This document shows positions 8,862-17,955 of a stretch of DNA of 64,000 nt, in pieces. A model generated the notes under the pieces. The model saw only the letters and a list, made by a program, of their open reading frames with translations. It was not told the origin of the DNA and ran no database searches. Made by a program: the position numbers and the translations under genes. The stretch's first letter is position 1. The number at the start of each line of letters is the position of its first letter. Source of the stretch: Gammaproteobacteria bacterium (lineage in GTDB: Bacteria > Pseudomonadota > Gammaproteobacteria > Ga0077536); contig CAXXLL010000003.1 of assembly GCA_963662545.2 (NCBI GenBank), forward strand, positions 1,536,001 through 1,600,000. Reading direction: 5' to 3'.

Positions 8862-10088
8862 ATGGAAGATCCGCTCGAGCTACTGGCGGGCCTTACGGAC
8901 GAGGACTGGGCCGGCGCGAACCCGTTGTCGCCGGAATTCCGGGACGATCCCTACCCGGCGCTACACCGACTGCGCGCACGCGATCCGGTGAATCTCTCTC
9001 CGATCGGTACCTGGCGCCTGACCCGTTACGACGACGTCGCGCGAGTATTCAAGCACGCGCCGACCAGCATGACGCTGCCCGACGGATCGAATCCGAATTT
9101 CGATCCGCTCGATCGCCGCGGCAGTTTCAATGAATTCATGCTCAACAAGGACGGCAGCGAACACATGCGCCTGCGGCGCCTCGTGGTCAAGGCGTTTACG
9201 CGCCGGGCTCTGGACAATATTCAGTTGGAGATCGACCTGGCGGTGACGAGCGCTCTCGACCGCGCGGAGGCGGACGGCGGTATGGAGGTGGTCCACGATT
9301 TGGCGCTTTATGTGCCGAGTCGCATGATCTGCCGCATCATGGGCGTACCGGATGCCGATCGGATGCAGTTCACCGCCTGGACAGCCGCCCGGACCAACGC
9401 CTTCTTCGCTCGCTTTTTGCCCGAAGAAGTCAAGCAACGCGTACGCGAGGCCGGCTCCGCCATTGCGGATTACTTCGATGCGCTCGTCGAGGAACGACGC
9501 AAGAATCTCGGGGATGATCTACTGAGCGAATTGATCCGAGCCGAAGAAGATGGCGATCGCTTGCACGAAGGCGAGTTGACAGTGCAGGCGGTGGGCTTAT
9601 TGGTAGCGGGGTTCGAGACCACCATCGGCCTCATCGGCAACGGATTACGGGCCTTCATCGAGCATCCCGACCAGATGCGGATCTTGAGGGAACGTCCCGA
9701 ACTCATCGACAACGCGGTCGAGGAATGCCTGCGTTACGACGCGCCGATCCTCTTCAACTGGCGCATCTTGACCGAGGATTATGAAATCGGCGGGCGCTTG
9801 CTTCCGCGTGACGCCGTGCTGTGGCCGATGCTCGGCGCCGCCAATCGCGATCCCGCGCAATTTCCCGATCCGGACCGTTTTGACATCATGAGGGACGATG
9901 TCGCGCACCAGTCGTTCGGCGGCGGCGCACATTTCTGCCTGGGACATCAACTCGCCCGCATGGAAGCGCGGTCGGCGATCGGTGCTTTCGTACGGCGATT
10001 CGAAGCGCCACGGATCGACACTCACGGTTTGAGCTGGTCACAGTCATTCTTCCGTGTGCTCGGAAATCTGCCGGTTACTTTCGCGTGA
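8862..10088 (+). CDS. Cytochrome P450
   Basis: I-helix AGFETT, ExxR (EECLR), ANRDP..F and heme motif FGGGAHFCLG. Confidence 0.96.
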   Translation: MEDPLELLAGLTDEDWAGANPLSPEFRDDPYPALHRLRARDPVNLSPIGTWRLTRYDDVARVFKHAPTSMTLPDGSNPNFDPLDRRGSFNEFMLNKDGSEHMRLRRLVVKAFTRRALDNIQLEIDLAVTSALDRAEADGGMEVVHDLALYVPSRMICRIMGVPDADRMQFTAWTAARTNAFFARFLPEEVKQRVREAGSAIADYFDALVEERRKNLGDDLLSELIRAEEDGDRLHEGELTVQAVGLLVAGFETTIGLIGNGLRAFIEHPDQMRILRERPELIDNAVEECLRYDAPILFNWRILTEDYEIGGRLLPRDAVLWPMLGAANRDPAQFPDPDRFDIMRDDVAHQSFGGGAHFCLGHQLARMEARSAIGAFVRRFEAPRIDTHGLSWSQSFFRVLGNLPVTFA

Positions 10089-10127
10089 ATCGAAGACCCA
10101 GGGTTAACAGGCTTGTGAATAACTTAG

Positions 10128-10289
10128 GGAACCTCTGAATAAGTCATGGTGCGTCTGAATTGTTCATGCAATTGTGCAGATCAAGGCACGAATCGCAGGC
10201 CATAGCGGGGACTATGGGCAAGGTTCGTAACGCCGAGCTGCGCGATTTCATGGGCAAGGCAGATGTGCCATGACTTTTTCAGAGGTTCC
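10128..10289. repeat. MITE-like palindromic element, family A copy 1 (162 bp)
   Basis: Terminal inverted repeats GGAACCTCTGAATAAGTCATGG / CCATGACTTTTTCAGAGGTTCC, flanked by TTAG on both sides. Four more copies in the window. Confidence 0.9.
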
Positions 10290-10431
10290 TTAGGTCTTTG
10301 CCAGCCTGTCAGAGTTTGACTACGGAGTCTGGGCGGCACTGCCGCTTTCGATACCCTGGCCGGCTCAAGCGGCCTTGCGCTCCTTGAACCAGGTTTCCAG
10401 CATTGATCGCTCATTTAAATGTTTCCGTTAT

Positions 10432-10905
10432 TTATCCGGTTTCAACCAGGCTTCGGAGCATCCACGCGTTCTTTTCGTGGATCTGCATCCGCTGGGTCAA
10501 AAGGTCCGCGCTGGGTTCGTCTCCCGCCTGATTGACGAGCGGAATGATGCTGCGCGCGGTACGCACGACGGCTTCCTGCCCCGACACGAGTCGGCGGATC
10601 ATTTCCGTCGCGCACGGCACGTCATCCTCCTCGGTAATCGAGGTCAGATCGGCGAAATCTCTATAAGACCCGGGAGCCCGGTTTCCGAGCGCGCGGATAC
10701 GCTCGGCAATCTGATCGACCGCGAGGGCAAGCTCCGTGTAATGCGTTTCGAACAAAGTGTGCAAGGACGTGAACTGCGGTCCCGTCACGTTCCAATGGTA
10801 ATTGTGCGTCTTGAGATAAAGCGTGTAGCTGTCCGCGAGCAGCCGGGATAATCCCTCGGCGATGGCCGATCGTTTTTCAGTGGGTATTCCGATATCGATT
10901 TCCAT
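10432..10905 (-). CDS. dps: DNA starvation/stationary-phase protection protein Dps
   Basis: [32 protein letters not shown] and HEKNAWML signature motifs. Confidence 0.96.
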   Translation of the reverse strand: MEIDIGIPTEKRSAIAEGLSRLLADSYTLYLKTHNYHWNVTGPQFTSLHTLFETHYTELALAVDQIAERIRALGNRAPGSYRDFADLTSITEEDDVPCATEMIRRLVSGQEAVVRTARSIIPLVNQAGDEPSADLLTQRMQIHEKNAWMLRSLVETG

Positions 10906-10954
10906 CGTTCTTTCTCCGTAATTCGGGTTACGGGAGATACTTTACGACGATGAG

Positions 10955-11006
10955 ATCGATAACTAAATTTAATTTTATATTCATTTTTAATAGATATTAT
11001 CTATCA
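10955..11006 (-). promoter_or_regulatory. AT-rich dps upstream region with an OxyR/LysR-type site
   Basis: Perfect ATAG-N7-CTAT at 10990-11004 within an AT-rich stretch upstream of dps. dps is a known OxyR target in proteobacteria. Confidence 0.5.
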
Positions 11007-11009
11007 TTA

Positions 11010-14000
11010 TCAGGACGCGGGAGCGACGTGTTCACCGGCCGCTTTTCCGCCGGGGCGCAAACGGCGGCCGAGGTCGAACGTCAAGGTCAGGAGTGCCGGC
11101 ATGAACGTGATCGTGACTAAGGTTGAAAACAAAATACCGAACAGCACGATAGCGCCGAGTCCGCGATAAAGCTCGGTGCCGGCGCCCGGGTTGAGGACCA
11201 GCGGAGACAAGCTGATCACCGTGGTAACCATGGACATCATGATCGGCCGCAGTCGCGAGCGCGTCGCTTCTATGACTGCCTCGCGAATATCCATCCGGCC
11301 CTGCTTCAGGTTTCTGACGGCGCGCTCAACCAGCAGGATAGGATTGTTGACGACCGTACCGATCAAAACCAGAAAGCCCAGCATCGTGATCACGTCTAAA
11401 GGCTGCTGTATGACCGGTAGACCAAAGCGGCCCATTTCCTGGCCCACCACGTTCATCAGCCACAGCCCGACGATACCACCGCTGATCCCGATAGGGACGG
11501 ATGCCAATATCAGCAGGGGATATCCCCAATGAGAAAAGATCGCGACGAGAAGCAGGTAGGAGATAAGGACGGCGATGATGAAATTCCCGCCCAGGGCTTC
11601 TCGTGTCGCCCTCAGCCGATCGTTTGCCCCGCTGATATCCATTGACACGCTGGGCGCGATCTCGCCGGATTCCTGCAGATGCCGAATGAGTTCGCGTTCG
11701 ACTCGCTCCACACCGACCTCGAGTGGGATTTCCTTAGGCGGGATGATGGAGAGCGTGATGGTGCGACGCCCGTCGACGCGGCGAATGGTTTCCGTATTCA
11801 CGGTTTCGGTCACCTTCGCGATGGCGTCGAGCGGAACCACGCCGCCATTCGGCGAGAAGAGCAGCAGGTTTTCGATGTCTTCCGGTCCTTCGATCGAGCC
11901 CTGGGTCGAATAGATGAACATGTCAATCTTATCGTCGCCGAGGAAAAATTCGTCGACGAAAGCACCGTCGGAAAACGCCCAGATGGCGTAGCCCAGGTCG
12001 TCGGTTTCGATACCGAGTTCGGCAGCGCGCTCCCAATCGGGTTTGATTTCGATCATGGGCTGCCCCATCGTTAAACTCGACGGTTGCGGTCGAACCTGCG
12101 GATTGACGAAGATCTCTCGGGACCTCGCGAAAGCACGCGCGCCGGCTTCGAACAGGGGCGCCAGCTCAGGACCGCTAATGTCGAGATTAATGCTCCGCGT
12201 ACCGCCCAGGTTGCTCGCGAAAATGGAACCGCGCGACGCGAACGAGATGACGCCGGGAACCTCACGAAAACGCGCCGTCACTGCTTTGACCAGGTCGTCT
12301 GTTTGCGCCCGATCGGTCGCCTCCGGGATAAGCATTACCATACCGGCATAGGCATAGCTGATGACAAAATTGAGCGCCGGAACTTCGGCTTCGCCCGCAT
12401 CGAAAACAGCCGGATCCTGGCCGATGAAGGGCACGAAATAGTCATTCAACTGACCCAGAATGCCGTCCATGACCGCAATGTTGTAGCCCGGCGGCGAAAA
12501 CATGAAAGCGAAGATCTTCTGCTCTTCGCCCTCGGGCAAGTATTCTGCCTTGGGCGTTAGGAAACCGATGATGCCCGCTGATACCGCGAGTACGACGCCG
12601 ATCAAAACGACGGCCCGTATCGACCCCGAGACGAGCCAGCGGACAAAGGCGACCACGGCTTCGCCGATACGTGCGCCGACTATTTGAATACCGGAGAGAA
12701 ATCCCGGGGCTCGACTCTGCCGGGGTTTCACCCAGCGGCTCATCGCCGCCGGGACCAGCGTGACCGCCACCACCATCGACATCAAAATGGACGCCGAGAT
12801 GGCAACCGCGATATCGGAATAGAGCTGCCCCGCTTCCTCCTTGATGAAGATCACCGGCAGAAAGACGAGCACCGTGGTCATTGTCGAGGCAAGTATCGCG
12901 GGCCATACTTCCCGCACACCTGTGATTGCTGCATCCACCCGCGACTTGCCTTCCGCAAGATGGCGGTAGATGTTCTCCAGCACAACGATGCTGTTGTCGA
13001 GCGTCATCCCGATCGCGAAAGCAACGCCCGCGAGCGAAATGACGTTGATCGTTCGCCCCGCCAACATCAGCCCGAGAAACGCCACCACGGTGCAGATGGG
13101 TATACCGACCGCGCCGATCGCCGTCGCCGCCGCGGACCGCAGAAACAGGAAAAGCACAACGATCGCAAAACTGGCGCCGATTAAGAGATTGCGCCCTACC
13201 ACCCACACCGCGTCCTTGACGTACTGGACGTCCTCGCTGCTGAGCTCCATCTGCAGTCCCCGCGAACTCAAAACGGTCCTGTTGAGGTCCGCGACTTCCT
13301 CGACTACGGCGTCCAACACCTCGACCACGTTCGCACCGATCATGCGGCGGACGCCTATCGTGATGTTCGGGCGCCCGTTGGCGTAGGACACGTTCCTGAC
13401 TTCGAAGCTCCCCATCGCCGCGTACCCCACGTCCCGCAGGCGTACCGAGACATCACCGCGCCGCGCGATGATCAGGTCATCGATGGACTCGACCGTGTCG
13501 AACCGGCCGATGGTACGAACGATGTAGCGCCGCTTGCCTGCATCCAGATCTCCGCCTGAGACGTCGCGATTGCGGCCGCGAATGGCATCGCGCAACTCCC
13601 GCACGCTGATGCGCCGATCGGCAAGTTTGATCGGATCGACATAGATCTTTACCTGGCGCTCAGTGCCACCCCAGACTTCGGCCTCCGACACGCCCGTGAC
13701 CCGCTCGATCCGCACCGCCACGTAATCCTGTACGAAATCACGCATGAGGTGGACGTCCACGTTCATCGGGTTTCCCGGCAGAGGCGTCACCCGGAAGAAC
13801 ATGAACGGATTATTGGAGTAGGAACTCGTGATGATTCGCGGTTCGTCTACGTTCTCGGGATAGGATGGAACCTGTGTGAGAGCATTGTTCACGCGGATCA
13901 GGATCTCGTTGAGATCGGCGCCGTGTGAAAATTCGAGTTCGATGCGCGCCTGGCCCATGCGTGACTCGGAGATCATCCGCTCGAGGCCAATGATGTTTCG

Positions 14001-14207
14001 CAGATAATCCTCTTGCTCGATGATGATTTCCTTTTCGATGTCCTGTGGCGTCGCACCCGGCCAGGTCGTGCGTACCCTGACCGTGCGTACGTCCAGGTCC
14101 GGGATCATCTGCTTGGGTATGCGTGAGATCGACGTCAGCCCGAACAGGCAGACGATCAGAATGACAACCGTCATGACAATGGGCTTGCGGACTGCAAACT
14201 CGAACAT
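11010..14207 (-). CDS. RND efflux transporter permease (AcrB/AcrD/AcrF family)
   Basis: 1065 aa; GMTLDNSIVVLENI, VVNNPILL and RLRPIMMS motifs, with two large periplasmic loops. Confidence 0.95.
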   Translation of the reverse strand: MFEFAVRKPIVMTVVILIVCLFGLTSISRIPKQMIPDLDVRTVRVRTTWPGATPQDIEKEIIIEQEDYLRNIIGLERMISESRMGQARIELEFSHGADLNEILIRVNNALTQVPSYPENVDEPRIITSSYSNNPFMFFRVTPLPGNPMNVDVHLMRDFVQDYVAVRIERVTGVSEAEVWGGTERQVKIYVDPIKLADRRISVRELRDAIRGRNRDVSGGDLDAGKRRYIVRTIGRFDTVESIDDLIIARRGDVSVRLRDVGYAAMGSFEVRNVSYANGRPNITIGVRRMIGANVVEVLDAVVEEVADLNRTVLSSRGLQMELSSEDVQYVKDAVWVVGRNLLIGASFAIVVLFLFLRSAAATAIGAVGIPICTVVAFLGLMLAGRTINVISLAGVAFAIGMTLDNSIVVLENIYRHLAEGKSRVDAAITGVREVWPAILASTMTTVLVFLPVIFIKEEAGQLYSDIAVAISASILMSMVVAVTLVPAAMSRWVKPRQSRAPGFLSGIQIVGARIGEAVVAFVRWLVSGSIRAVVLIGVVLAVSAGIIGFLTPKAEYLPEGEEQKIFAFMFSPPGYNIAVMDGILGQLNDYFVPFIGQDPAVFDAGEAEVPALNFVISYAYAGMVMLIPEATDRAQTDDLVKAVTARFREVPGVISFASRGSIFASNLGGTRSINLDISGPELAPLFEAGARAFARSREIFVNPQVRPQPSSLTMGQPMIEIKPDWERAAELGIETDDLGYAIWAFSDGAFVDEFFLGDDKIDMFIYSTQGSIEGPEDIENLLLFSPNGGVVPLDAIAKVTETVNTETIRRVDGRRTITLSIIPPKEIPLEVGVERVERELIRHLQESGEIAPSVSMDISGANDRLRATREALGGNFIIAVLISYLLLVAIFSHWGYPLLILASVPIGISGGIVGLWLMNVVGQEMGRFGLPVIQQPLDVITMLGFLVLIGTVVNNPILLVERAVRNLKQGRMDIREAVIEATRSRLRPIMMSMVTTVISLSPLVLNPGAGTELYRGLGAIVLFGILFSTLVTITFMPALLTLTFDLGRRLRPGGKAAGEHVAPAS

Positions 14208-14237
14208 GACGGATTCAGGCCACCCGGAAAGAGGGTG

Positions 14238-15335
14238 TCATATGTCCTGCGCGCGCTCTTCGGCGACGAGGACCGATTGGCCGGGCCTCAGGATCTCGTT
14301 GCCGCGAACGACTACTTGCTGCCCGGCACTGACGTCACCGTGCACAATCTCGATGTGATCCCGATAGGAACGGCCCGTCTCGATTCGCCGCGGGACGGCC
14401 TTGGTGACGCCATCTTCGACGACGATGACCCAGACATTGGCGCTACCATCCGGTTTCCGCACCACCGCATCGCGCGGTAGCAGCAGCGCGGATGCCTGGC
14501 CGCGCGCGCCGATGTACAGAGAGACGCGCGCCGACATCCCGGGTGCCAACCGCTTCTCATCATTGGGAATATCGATCCATATTCTGAACGTTCTCGAGGT
14601 CGCGTCGCTAATGGGAATCTTTCTCGCTACCTTCGCCTCGAAAGTCCGCTCGGGCATGGCGTCAAAGCGAATGGTCACGTCGGTGTCGATTTCGACACCC
14701 GCGTAATAAAACTGCGGTACGGGCACCTCCAATCGCAACAGCTTGACGTCGACAAGCTCGACGAGAGCCGTGTTGGTTTCAACCCATTCGCCTTGCTCAA
14801 CCAGCTTGCGGCTCACGACGGCATCGAAGGGGGCGTGAACAACGTGACGCCGCAGCAATTCCCGCGCCCTCTCCAATTGCGCTGCGGCCTGCTTAACCGT
14901 AGCGGCGGCGATATCTATCTGAGCCTTGGCGGCAGAGACAGCCGTGTCGGCGACATTGCGGGTCTCCTGCAACTCGAGCAGTTCACGATATCGTCGTTCG
15001 GACTCGAGCTTGCGTGCGCGGGCTTCTTCGAGCCGCGCATTTGCCACATTGACGTCGATTCGCGCAAGCGCTCGATCTAGCCGTAGAACGACTGCACCGC
15101 GCTCAATACGATCACCGTCATCGACCCGTATCTCGGTAACAAGGCCGTCGATTTCAGTCGAAAGGCGCGCAGTCCTGTGTGCGATCAGGCTGCCGTTGAG
15201 CGTGACTTCCTCACGTATTTCGGCTGTCTGTACGATAGAGACGCCGACCGGTACGGGTGCTTCGGCCATCAAGCCCGGCGGCGCGAAACAGATACCGCCG
15301 AGCGCCAAGACGCGGACGAGTCGCGCCGCTATCAA
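14238..15335 (-). CDS. RND efflux periplasmic adaptor (membrane fusion protein)
   Basis: Lipoyl-like halves (G.V.EI.V.DGD and APFDAVV) around a coiled coil, PGMSARV motif, directly upstream of the RND permease. Confidence 0.92.
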   Translation of the reverse strand: MIAARLVRVLALGGICFAPPGLMAEAPVPVGVSIVQTAEIREEVTLNGSLIAHRTARLSTEIDGLVTEIRVDDGDRIERGAVVLRLDRALARIDVNVANARLEEARARKLESERRYRELLELQETRNVADTAVSAAKAQIDIAAATVKQAAAQLERARELLRRHVVHAPFDAVVSRKLVEQGEWVETNTALVELVDVKLLRLEVPVPQFYYAGVEIDTDVTIRFDAMPERTFEAKVARKIPISDATSRTFRIWIDIPNDEKRLAPGMSARVSLYIGARGQASALLLPRDAVVRKPDGSANVWVIVVEDGVTKAVPRRIETGRSYRDHIEIVHGDVSAGQQVVVRGNEILRPGQSVLVAEERAQDI

Positions 15336-15604
15336 GACTGGATTTCCCTGTTCACCGGCACATTATCGGCGTTGGCGGGGACGCTTGTCACATACTCCCA
15401 GCCGCGGAGTGAACGAGGGGCATCGCACGAAACATGGAAATCCGGATCCGCACTGCTATATTTAGAACATGGGGTGAGTTCAAGGCGCGCCAAACCGGCG
15501 AGGACGCCCGCGATCACCCACTGATGAGTGACGCGTCACAAATCAAGTGTGCAGTAGACGCCTATCAAGGAGGACCTCGCTCAGCGAGGCCAAATCGCCG
15601 GTCC

Positions 15605-15634
15605 AAACCCCGCCTTAGTGCGGGGTTTACTTTT
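15605..15634. terminator. Probable intrinsic terminator downstream of the DUF2063 gene
   Basis: AAACCCCGC-CTTAGT-GCGGGGTTT hairpin about 40 bp after the DUF2063 stop. Confidence 0.55.
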
Positions 15635-15664
15635 CTATCGTCTGTTCTTCACGCAAAAGGGAAA

Positions 15665-16459
15665 TTAGTTTCGCCGGGTACCGAGTATCACCACCCGTTC
15701 GAGCATCCGTTCGAGAATTGCACTGCTGGCCTCGATTAGAGCGGAAACATCGTCACGGCCCAACTCGTTCGCGACGATTTGGTAAATCTCGAACCCGGTC
15801 CTTCCCCTATCCTCGATGATGAGTCCCAGAAGGCGCGCTGAGGCGCTGCTCAAATCCAGGAAACCATAGAGGTTGTCCAAATCGCGAAACGCGGCGATCC
15901 GCGTCGCCGCGGGAGGCGGTACGATAGGCTGATACTCCGAATCGATGGTATGCACCGGAAATCGATAGGTCACGATCTCGAGGATGGGATTGGGCACCGG
16001 GATTTCCTTGATCAGGTCGCCGCTGCGATCGACCCCCGTCAGATCGATCTGCCGCTCATCCGCGCCTATCAAGGTTTCAAGCCAATCGAAGTGCGCGAGT
16101 TCGGCCAGGAAGGGCGGATCAGCCGGATCCTTACGCTCGCTTTCGAGATACTCGAGAAACTCCAGCGGCAGGTCGACGAAGGCCGACGCCCCGGATGCAT
16201 GGACAATAAGATAATCCCGCACCATGGCGTTCCAGCGCTCGTCATCGAAGATCTCACGCACCCTCGGAAAGTTGTCCTTCATGAAACCTTCGACGTTCGC
16301 GAATACCGCGTGGCGGTAGATAGCCATGCGACGATCCTCGTGACCTGGCGGAGAAGCCTGCTGGTCGGGATCGCGCAGGTGTCGGGTAAACAAGCGCTGC
16401 AGGCGAATGAACTCCGGTTCCATCACGAAAGATTTCTCAGGCTGCGGTGTCCTCGACAC
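15665..16459 (-). CDS. DUF2063 / HvfC-like MNIO partner (RiPP recognition) protein
   Basis: F..HLRDP, RMAIYR..V..N and FLAELAHFDW motifs; overlaps the DUF692 stop. Confidence 0.88.
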   Translation of the reverse strand: MSRTPQPEKSFVMEPEFIRLQRLFTRHLRDPDQQASPPGHEDRRMAIYRHAVFANVEGFMKDNFPRVREIFDDERWNAMVRDYLIVHASGASAFVDLPLEFLEYLESERKDPADPPFLAELAHFDWLETLIGADERQIDLTGVDRSGDLIKEIPVPNPILEIVTYRFPVHTIDSEYQPIVPPPAATRIAAFRDLDNLYGFLDLSSASARLLGLIIEDRGRTGFEIYQIVANELGRDDVSALIEASSAILERMLERVVILGTRRN

Positions 16460-17345
16460 TTCGAGCGTATCGCGATTGCAATGCTCTGATTCTGTCCACT
16501 TCGGGCATCACCTCGCCGAGCGGCGGGATATTCTCGTCGCGCTCCAGCAATGTCGGAAATACGCCAAATTCCTGGTACGCGAATTCCAATAAGGACCACA
16601 CGGGATCGATGATGGGCTCGCCATGCGTATCGACGATGAGGTCCTCATCCTCGTTGGTATGCCCGGCAATGTGTGCATAGGCTAATCGTTCCGCGGGAAT
16701 GCTCGAGATGAACGACTTCGCCTCATAGCAATGATTCACGCTGTTGACGTAGACGTTGTTCACATCGAACAGAAGCTGGCAGTCGGCTTCCTCGAGTACG
16801 GCCTTGATGAAGGTAATTTCATCTAATTCCGTCGACAAAGCCAGATAATACGACGCGTTTTCCACCGCGATCGTCCGCTCCAGCACATCCTGGACTTGCC
16901 GAATTCTCGCGGCAACATGGCGCACGGCTTCATCGGTGAATGGAATTGGAAGGAGCTCGTATAGCTGACCACTCTCCGCGCAGAAAGTCAGGTGATCGCC
17001 ATAGATGAGAACCTTGTGGCGGTCCAGGAATTTTTTTACGCGCTCGAGGTATTCGAGGTCCAGGGGATCCGGACCGCCGAGATTGAGCAGTAATCCGTGG
17101 CAGACGAGGGGTCGTTCACGGGTAATCCGTTCAAATGCCTCGCCGAGGCGGCCGCCTACACCGACCCAGTTCTCGGGAGCGACTTCAAGGAATTCGATTT
17201 CGTCTGGGATGTGGTCTTGCAGCGGACCCATGTGGGTCCGCCGCAGACCAAGACCGGCGCCGTTGACGGCGAACTTCCGCTGCACCGGTTTTGTTTGGAC
17301 AGAGATGTCCGGGTCGTTTATTTCTTGAGGTGCTTCATCGAGCAC
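16437..17345 (-). CDS. DUF692 multinuclear non-heme iron oxidative enzyme (MNIO, HvfB/BufB-like); true start may be slightly downstream
   Basis: GLGLRR, FLEVAPENW, HGL, DHL, LLP.PFT, ENASYY, DVNNVYVN, HIAGH, DTHG and LLERD motifs. Confidence 0.95.
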   Translation of the reverse strand: MLDEAPQEINDPDISVQTKPVQRKFAVNGAGLGLRRTHMGPLQDHIPDEIEFLEVAPENWVGVGGRLGEAFERITRERPLVCHGLLLNLGGPDPLDLEYLERVKKFLDRHKVLIYGDHLTFCAESGQLYELLPIPFTDEAVRHVAARIRQVQDVLERTIAVENASYYLALSTELDEITFIKAVLEEADCQLLFDVNNVYVNSVNHCYEAKSFISSIPAERLAYAHIAGHTNEDEDLIVDTHGEPIIDPVWSLLEFAYQEFGVFPTLLERDENIPPLGEVMPEVDRIRALQSRYARSVEDTAA

Positions 17346-17629
17346 ATATCACCAGCGAAGGTCCCGCAAACACCGGGATCTTTCATGCCGGTCGCGAGCT
17401 TCCCGCCAGCGTATTTAGCCTTCTGGTCGCCACCGTAGGTGAAACCGGTTTCGTCATTGATCATGACTTTGTTGCCCTGCATATCCATGGCTTCCCCGGC
17501 AACAGTAATGCCTTCACCGAATTCCACCATCTGGAAAGGGTTGTCGGCCGCGTTAGCGGACACCGCTAATGCCAGAATGACACTCGAACCAAGCGCAGCA
17601 GCAACAGGCTTCAGGTTATTTTTCTTCAT
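17318..17629 (-). CDS. Secreted RiPP precursor candidate (HvfA-like N-terminus, atypical two-Cys core)
   Basis: 103 aa from ATG 17629 with strong RBS AGGAGG; Sec signal ending ANA-A, then DNPF; C-terminal GVCGT...DMCSM. Lies directly upstream of DUF692. Confidence 0.85.
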   Translation of the reverse strand: MKKNNLKPVAAALGSSVILALAVSANAADNPFQMVEFGEGITVAGEAMDMQGNKVMINDETGFTYGGDQKAKYAGGKLATGMKDPGVCGTFAGDMCSMKHLKK

Positions 17630-17955
17630 GATTGACCTTCCTCCTCGGAGATTTTTTAACGTTGTACAACACCCCCAGGGACCGGCCGCGACACGCCCAT
17701 GCATCCATTCGGGCAGGGTCCGGCAGCTATCCGGGCGGGGCTAGGAATGTTAGCGATCGAGGTAATATAAGTCTAGGCAGGCGGGATCCCGACGGACGCG
17801 GTCGGTGGGCAAAAAAACCCCGCTCGGGCAAACCGCCGCGGACTTAGGCGAATTGGAGCATAACGCTATCACTACGCAGGCTATGTTAGAGCCGGCAGGC
17901 CGAATCCCCTTGGGAAATTCTCGTAGACATCTTAAGCACCGGGCGCGAAATTCGA

